Of a DNA stretch of 64,000 bases, positions 58,735 through 64,000 are shown piece by piece. Below the pieces are notes generated by a model. The model was not told where the DNA came from and did no database searches. It saw only the letters and a program-made list of their open reading frames with translations. Source of the stretch: an uncultured bacterium (GTDB lineage Bacteria > Verrucomicrobiota > Verrucomicrobiia > Verrucomicrobiales > DEV007); assembly GCA_963977015.1 (NCBI GenBank), contig CAXBMO010000003.1, positions 256,001-320,000 of the forward strand. Reading direction: 5' to 3'. A program made the position numbers and the translations under genes. The first letter of the stretch is position 1, and every line of letters starts with the position of its first letter.

Positions 58735-58938
58735 TGCGACAAATCAGGTGGGCAGGAGCGTCCAAACGCCGAATACATCTTAGCTTCGAGGCTCAGAATT
58801 TCAGGCCACCCGACCTGTTGATCGAGCCCCCGCGCCCATCCAACTTTGGAACAAATTCCGGAGAGAATCGCACCCTAGTTGAAAGCTGCCGAGGGGTTTC
58901 AGTCTATAGGGCGGCAACTACCGTATATTCGTGGTGAT

Positions 58939-58971
58939 GCGCAATGGTTCCCTTGTAGTGCTTTCGTATAG
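58939..58971 (-). promoter_or_regulatory. Conserved box CTATACGAAAG-N16-TTGCGC upstream of leader C
   Basis: Box at 58961-58971 and TTGCG at 58940-58944. It lies 144 nt downstream of the response regulator stop codon. Confidence 0.6.
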
Positions 58972-59115
58972 ATCCGGGCGCTTTGACGCCACGAAAGTGG
59001 CCTTTTCCTCGAAGTGCCGCATTTCCGGACATGATGATGGAGATGCCACCGGATTGCGCGAACACGACACGCCACCTCTAACCGCCATCCTTATCTTACC
59101 TTCCCGGTAATGACC

Positions 59116-59772
59116 TCAATCTAGGGAGATCAATCCTCGCCTCAGAGCGATGGTTGCTGCGGAGGTTCGGTCTTGAGCGCCAAGTTTTTCGAACATCCTG
59201 CGCAAGTGCACCTTAACCGTTACCTCAGCAATCCCAAGCTGCTCGCCAATGACCTTATTGGGACAGCCTTTCGCGACGCGTCGTAAAACATCCAACTCGC
59301 GCTCGCTCAGGTCTTTTTGCTGACACCGCCGCTCGTACTTGGCCTCCAATTCTGGCGGAAGAAAGGTTTCACCCTTTGCCACTTTCCGGATCGCTTCCAG
59401 CAGCTGCTCACGCGGCGTCATTTTCGACAAATAGCCGCAGGCCCCCGCTTGCATGGCGCGATAGACGGCTTCCTCAGAATCCTCCGCTGACAGCATTAAC
59501 GCATGGACGCCGGGGAATTTCGCCTGAATCCGAGAAAGCGCAGTTAGCCCGTGTCCATCCGGCAAATTGGCATCGAGCAAGATCACGTCAGGCACGGTTT
59601 GACAGTACCGCTCTACAGCTTCATGAACTGATTCAGCTTCGGCAACGATTTCAAGATCGGATTCCACCTCCAACGACGACGTAAGGCCTGAGCGAACGAA
59701 AAAATGATCGTCCACCAAGAGTAGTCTGATGCGTTTGGCTTCAACTCCGGTCATCTGATTTCTGCTGCTCAT
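59116..59772 (-). CDS. NarL/FixJ-family two-component response regulator (receiver domain plus LuxR HTH)
   Basis: IRLLLVDDH..VR.GL, DVILLDANLP (phospho-acceptor Asp), GACGYLSK, and LSERELDVL..VAKG..NK.I...LGIAE.TVK.H.....KLG...RT.A. Confidence 0.96.
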   Translation of the reverse strand: MSSRNQMTGVEAKRIRLLLVDDHFFVRSGLTSSLEVESDLEIVAEAESVHEAVERYCQTVPDVILLDANLPDGHGLTALSRIQAKFPGVHALMLSAEDSEEAVYRAMQAGACGYLSKMTPREQLLEAIRKVAKGETFLPPELEAKYERRCQQKDLSERELDVLRRVAKGCPNKVIGEQLGIAEVTVKVHLRRMFEKLGAQDRTSAATIALRRGLISLD

Positions 59773-60118
59773 CCCTGCTTCTTGGACTCAGCTTGTCGTT
59801 GTTTAATTCTTGGTTTCCGTCGCATCAGGTATCAACACACCAATGACTCCAGTTGGATTGAGATTCTTACGAAAATTTAGTTTAGACATCTCAGTTTTCC
59901 ATTTTGACACCAGAAATACAGAATTCGGGCGCCTCGCCGATTCGAGCAGATGGATTGAGGCTGCCGCGCTTATCACGGGCGTAAGCGTGCGGTTGTTGCG
60001 CGCCATTCTTCGAAATTCCTAGATTTGGCTTCGCCGCCCTCCAGATCCAAAGCACCGGATCTTCATCAAATCATGATCAAAGCCCTTGGTGCGCTCCATG
60101 TCGCTCATGGGAAAAAGG

Positions 60119-60191
60119 TGGACGGACTGGGACTCGAACCCAGGACCAACCGGTTAAAAGCCGGTTGCTCTACCAACTGAGCTATCCGTCC
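60119..60191 (-). tRNA. tRNA-Lys (anticodon TTT)
   Basis: GGACGGA TA GCTC AGTTGGTA GAGC A ACCGG CT-TTT-AA CCGGT TGGTC CTGGG TTCGAGT CCCAG TCCGTCC A. All four stems pair. It is followed by CCT, so a full CCA end is not encoded. Confidence 0.97.
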
Positions 60192-60227
60192 ATTGAGCTA
60201 GCTTCGATCAGGAGGCTGAAAGGGCGG

Positions 60228-60257
60228 GTATTAACGTCGCAGGAATCGACTTTGCAA
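60228..60257 (-). promoter_or_regulatory. Putative sigma70-like promoter of tRNA-Lys
   Basis: TTGCAA, then 17-18 nt, then TTAATA/TAATAC followed by a GC-rich CCGCCC stretch, about 36 nt upstream of the mature tRNA. Confidence 0.45.
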
Positions 60258-60264
60258 GTAAGAA

Positions 60265-60753
60265 TTACGAATTCTGATCGCTCGAGACACTTTCGCGATT
60301 CTTCTGCCGTTTCTCCAATTCAATTTCGATTCTCTCGATGAGAAACTCCAAATCGTTCAGATTCATCGGTTTCTCCAGAACATCATGTTCCCCAAAATCG
60401 ATCGGGCTGTCAGGAAATACGCGATTGTTGAGGAATGCGGACATGATAATGAAGGGAATCCGAGAAAGCTCGGGGTCCTCCTGAAACGATACGAAGACTT
60501 CTGCCCCGTCCCGTGGTGCCATGATGATGTCCGCCACGACCACGTCCGGTTTCAGATTCCGGGCCTCATGTTCGGCCTCATTGGAATCATGAAGTGGCAC
60601 AACCTGGTAGTTTCCGTGGTCCTCCAACAGCCGCTTGACGAGGCTCGTGAACGCAATGTCATCATCGATCAGAAGAATCTGCCGCTTTGAATCTGAATCC
60701 TTGCCGGACTTGGCCGAACCGCTTTGCCAAGCGGTGTTCGCCTTGGGGTGCAT
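60265..60753 (-). CDS. Single-domain response regulator (receiver only, CheY-like)
   Basis: ILLIDDD, PDVVVADIIM..RDG, IPFIIMSA and LEKP. The track ORF starts at 60819, but the ATG at 60753 (MHPK...) is the more plausible start; the start is uncertain. Confidence 0.88.
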   Translation of the reverse strand: MHPKANTAWQSGSAKSGKDSDSKRQILLIDDDIAFTSLVKRLLEDHGNYQVVPLHDSNEAEHEARNLKPDVVVADIIMAPRDGAEVFVSFQEDPELSRIPFIIMSAFLNNRVFPDSPIDFGEHDVLEKPMNLNDLEFLIERIEIELEKRQKNRESVSSDQNS

Positions 60754-60988
60754 GTCGTAACTGAGGGGTAAGTTTGCGTGGTTGGGTTTCTCCCCAAGAA
60801 ACGACATCGACTTCGACACTCAGCTCCTGGCGACAAACCTCTAAGGCGCAAAAAAGCCCATTTTTCCGTAAAAGCAAAGAAAGTTAGCAATAATGCTATG
60901 GCGTAAAATGGCGAGTCTATTCTCACCTCACTCAAGTGGTCTCCTTCTTTGGGTGTGAGATCGTTCCCTTCGCGCTGACAGGCCATTT

Positions 60989-61867
60989 TCAGAGTGTGGT
61001 AGAATCCTGACTTTCCAAGCTCGGAAACCCCAATTCATTCAACCAAAGTTCGACCTTGCTCATCAGCCATTCGGCTTGCCGGTCATGGAGCGGTTCATGA
61101 AGCGAGTCTTCCACGGTAATGAATGCCTTTCTGCTGACAGGCAAAAGTTCAAACATCTGGCGACTGGCCTGGGGAGAACAAATATGATCAGCCGATCCGT
61201 GGGTCATCAAAAGCCTCAATTTCCCATCCAACTTTTCCACCATTTTGGGCAACGATGCCCCTTTTTGAAGTAACTCAGCCCCAAAGGATGCCGAGACGCG
61301 GCTATGCATCAGCGGATCTTTTTCAACAACCCCAGTTTTCGGATCGCCGTGATGAAGCCATTCGCTGCGCACCCCAGTCCCCAAACTGAGCCAAGGGAGC
61401 CATGGCCCGATCTGCTGCGAAAACTTCACCAGCAGTTGAGGTTGCCGCTCCGATGGATCGATGAGCGGGGAACTAATCCAGGCAAACTCGAAGAGTCCTA
61501 TCCGGCGCGGCAGGTAATCCAAGGCCACCAGCCCTCCCATCGAATGTGCGAACAGCCCCAAAGGGGCGCCTTCCGGCAATCGCCCTCGCAGGAGGAGGCA
61601 ATCGCGGTCCAATAAATCCCCGATCATTTCAAAGGAAGGCACGTGCCCCCGCGCTCCACTGGAATGGCCGTGCCCCGGGAGATCGACGCCGACACACAGG
61701 AACCCTCGCTTGCAAAAGAGCTCTGCAACGTGTCGATATCGCCCCAAATGATCCCCCAATCCGTGAACCATGATTAACCCGCCAATGGGTTTAGCCGTTG
61801 GTGTAAACCAATAACGCTGAAGAGAATGACCCGTTTCGGTTTCGAAACTTTCCGTTTCGCAAGTCAT
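60989..61867 (-). CDS. Alpha/beta hydrolase, lysophospholipase/monoacylglycerol lipase-like
   Basis: VHGLGDH.GRY, DLPGHG.S.G.RGH, nucleophile elbow AHSMGG, THGSAD and HE near the C-terminus. Confidence 0.92.
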   Translation of the reverse strand: MTCETESFETETGHSLQRYWFTPTAKPIGGLIMVHGLGDHLGRYRHVAELFCKRGFLCVGVDLPGHGHSSGARGHVPSFEMIGDLLDRDCLLLRGRLPEGAPLGLFAHSMGGLVALDYLPRRIGLFEFAWISSPLIDPSERQPQLLVKFSQQIGPWLPWLSLGTGVRSEWLHHGDPKTGVVEKDPLMHSRVSASFGAELLQKGASLPKMVEKLDGKLRLLMTHGSADHICSPQASRQMFELLPVSRKAFITVEDSLHEPLHDRQAEWLMSKVELWLNELGFPSLESQDSTTL

Positions 61868-62727
61868 CGATCGTTGTGGGAAAAAAGCGCCGTCTGCAAC
61901 TTTGCTGCAAACTGTTCTTCGGTGCCCAGATTGTTCTGTCGAAACGAATTCTCCAGATTTCTGAGAACTCTCGAAAGAATGGCGCGGGTCGTTGCCGGCT
62001 GTGATACCACCTGATGAACTTCCTGGTCAGCAAGTGGATGATAGAGAATCAGGTCCTTCGCGGAAATGACCCGTCCATCATTGAAGCAGTCCACCAGGAA
62101 TAACTCGCCGCTCCGGGCGCAGGTGGCTCGCGCCAGAAAATGGGCCGGATAATTGCAACCTCCGACATCAAGCTCCAAGCGTTTGCCCACCAAAATGAAA
62201 ACGCATGCCAGGCTGATTGGGTTCCCCTTTTTTCGATACAGAACCCTTTTGAGGTTACTATTGTCTGGGTGGTAATAGCGCTCGGTATCTCCGGTAAACA
62301 TGGCGCTGCTGAACAAGTAATTGGCCAAATTCCGAAATTCAGGGAAGAGCGATTCCTCCAGGAAACCTTCCGCCAACTCATCAAGTTCTTTGGGAATTTG
62401 AACCTCCGATCCCGAAGAGTCCAAGTACCCTGCCAGTAAAACCAATCCCTTTTCGAGATCTTCGCACCGGTCCAGTCCAGTGACGAAATGAAGCCATTGC
62501 CGCAGGAAATCCTCCTGCCGATACTCGCGCTGAAGCTGAACGGCACGCTCGCGCAGGTCCAGATCCGCATCCTGAACCTCCGATTCGAGTAGCGCCCGCA
62601 AATCCTCCCCAAAACTGGCCAGTTTCTCTTTCACAGCGGCCCTCACCGTGGGGTTATCGTCGTCCAGGAGCCGCAAAATAGGTCGAAGTTCAGTACCTTG
62701 TGATGGCATAATTCGTTCTGACATCAT
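61864..62727 (-). CDS. SirB1-like / transglutaminase-core-like protein
   Basis: F.GD...YY.PDNS.L..VL..KKGNPISLA.VF..V..RL.L...G.NYP.HFL...VD.FN.G...IL.RVLRNL. It overlaps the hydrolase start by 4 nt (ATGA), which suggests an operon. Confidence 0.88.
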   Translation of the reverse strand: MMSERIMPSQGTELRPILRLLDDDNPTVRAAVKEKLASFGEDLRALLESEVQDADLDLRERAVQLQREYRQEDFLRQWLHFVTGLDRCEDLEKGLVLLAGYLDSSGSEVQIPKELDELAEGFLEESLFPEFRNLANYLFSSAMFTGDTERYYHPDNSNLKRVLYRKKGNPISLACVFILVGKRLELDVGGCNYPAHFLARATCARSGELFLVDCFNDGRVISAKDLILYHPLADQEVHQVVSQPATTRAILSRVLRNLENSFRQNNLGTEEQFAAKLQTALFSHNDR

Positions 62728-62832
62728 ATCTCGAGAACCGGGATTCTGCCTCTAAAAGATGCTTCCTTTAGATTGCTACATTTCCATTGACCCATCCCCC
62801 GGTGCATGATGTTTTGGCAAGGTACCAACTTC

Positions 62833-64000
62833 ATGGCCAACGACTCTGATTCTACACCACCCAACGATGCATCGTCGGCTCCAGACGTCGAGGGGGGGCG
62901 TTCGCCCGTGAGAATTATTGACAAACTGAAACCGGTTCCTGTCGAATTGCCGGAATCCCCCAAACTTCCCGGCAAGCCAACCATGGAAATCCGGAAGAGC
63001 AAGCCACCGGAAGAATCCCCACCCGACAAGCCCACCCCTCAACCGACGTATCAGGAACCAGAGTTGGCGAGGACGAAACCAGAGACCGAGGAAACCTCAA
63101 GTCCCAAGCCAGAACGCCCCCCTTCAGCGGCAGTTCCCAGCAAACCTCAGGAGCCTCCCGCCAAACCAAACACGCCAAGACTGGGACCCGAGCCGAAGGC
63201 AAGACGCCCCAGAAAACAACAACCTGAGCCCGAACGCCCAGACGCGCCGGCGCTGGAAATCGATTGGGCCGGTGATGACACTGATACCGGGAGAGTTTCC
63301 GCGAAGAAACCCAGGGCGTTGATCGACGTGGATTTGGGAAAAAAGAGGCGGGACGACGACCGGAATCAGGGCGAACGAAGGCCGACAAAAGGCACCGCGC
63401 GTTTTTTGGTGGAACCAAAGACGAAGCCCCGAAAAGAGCCCACCTCCAAGCAGAAAACCAAACCCAAAGCAGCCCCCAAACCTCAGGAGGTCGAAGAAGA
63501 ATTTCATTTGCAGCCAAAGCTTGGCTTGATTGCGAGGTTGGGACTGGGCATTCGAGACTTGATTTTCCTTTTCTTCGCTTCCGTTCCCATCCTCGCTGCA
63601 GCCTGGTTGGTAGATTGGAAGGCGGTCAACGTCCCGTTTGAAGCTGAGTGGGGTCGAGTCGATGTCCTCGCAAAAGTACTCCAAGACCAGCTGACTGTTT
63701 CTGAGTTTCTCGCCCCCGAGAATGGCCAACGCCAACCGGTTGTTCGCGCCGCCTACATTTTCCTTTCGACGCTGACCGATCACGACATCAAGATGGAGGT
63801 CTGGGTTTCCTTCGCAGCCCTGGCGGCGACTGCCGCTGGAATCTTCTTTCTCCTTGGCCGGACGGTTGGATCCGGAATGAAACTAGGAATCACCTTCCTT
63901 CTGGCCAATTTGCTGCTGTTCTCGCCAGCTCACGCCCAAGCAATGCTCTCCGCATCAACGCTCGGAATCCACCTCGCAAACGCCTGTTTGATTTGGGGAA
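62833..64000 (+). CDS. Membrane protein with a long Pro/Lys/Glu-rich disordered N-terminus (partial; not in the ORF track)
   Basis: Hand translation is open from ATG 62833 (in-frame ATGs also at 62806 and 62809) to the window end. About 230 aa of low-complexity sequence precede hydrophobic segments LIFLFFASVPILAAAWLV, VWVSFAALAATAAGIFFLL and LGITFLLANLLLFSP. Confidence 0.85.
   Translation, partial: MANDSDSTPPNDASSAPDVEGGRSPVRIIDKLKPVPVELPESPKLPGKPTMEIRKSKPPEESPPDKPTPQPTYQEPELARTKPETEETSSPKPERPPSAAVPSKPQEPPAKPNTPRLGPEPKARRPRKQQPEPERPDAPALEIDWAGDDTDTGRVSAKKPRALIDVDLGKKRRDDDRNQGERRPTKGTARFLVEPKTKPRKEPTSKQKTKPKAAPKPQEVEEEFHLQPKLGLIARLGLGIRDLIFLFFASVPILAAAWLVDWKAVNVPFEAEWGRVDVLAKVLQDQLTVSEFLAPENGQRQPVVRAAYIFLSTLTDHDIKMEVWVSFAALAATAAGIFFLLGRTVGSGMKLGITFLLANLLLFSPAHAQAMLSASTLGIHLANACLIWG

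Noticed and set aside
59803-60022. Short ORFs between the regulator and the tRNA (59803..60006 minus, 59810..60022 plus)
   Set aside because: They are short, overlap each other and have no motifs. The region is more likely the regulator's promoter.
59773-60191. Genomic island integrated at tRNA-Lys (the tRNA 3' end faces the giant-gene array)
   Set aside because: No integrase, transposase or duplicated tRNA 3' end is visible in the window. It cannot be excluded without the sequence beyond gene A.
62724-63783. Minus-strand ORFs 62724..63035, 62776..63042, 62915..63517 and 63124..63783
   Set aside because: They are antisense to the long open plus-strand frame from 62833, which has a coherent disordered-head plus transmembrane composition.
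1-64000. CRISPR array, IS element, invertible promoter or rRNA
   Set aside because: No regularly spaced short repeats, transposase or recombinase genes, or rRNA-like sequence were found.

Overview
About 57 of the 64 kb is a minus-strand tandem array of three paralogous giant surface/adhesin-like genes: A (<1..17021, >5670 aa, runs off the window and is missing from the ORF track), B (17771..38206, 6811 aa) and C (38962..58212, 6416 aa). Each protein starts with an LEPR-XLL-type motif and a metzincin-like HExGH module. It continues with autotransporter-associated beta-strand repeats, Ig/cadherin-like domains (VCBS-type in B and C) and many inserted lectin-like modules (LamG, PA14, MAM and others). 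The protein style suggests a PVC-superphylum bacterium, probably Verrucomicrobiota (inference). The most notable observation is that all three genes have the same upstream cassette: (i) a CTATACRAAAG-N16-TTGCG box with exactly conserved spacing; (ii) a 147-169 aa leader ORF of a family I do not recognise, conserved without gaps for about 110 codons and rich in synonymous changes; (iii) an AGCCTGC-N20-GCAGGCT-U-tract terminator-like hairpin inside the 3' end of that ORF, shortly before the giant gene. An orphan NarL/LuxR-family response regulator lies directly upstream of the array. Together these suggest an activator plus leader-peptide attenuation system that gates roughly 20 kb transcripts (hypothesis). 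The right end holds tRNA-Lys(TTT), a single-domain receiver protein, an alpha/beta hydrolase, a SirB1/transglutaminase-like gene and a partial plus-strand membrane protein. No CRISPR array, integrase, transposase, reverse transcriptase or rRNA was seen.
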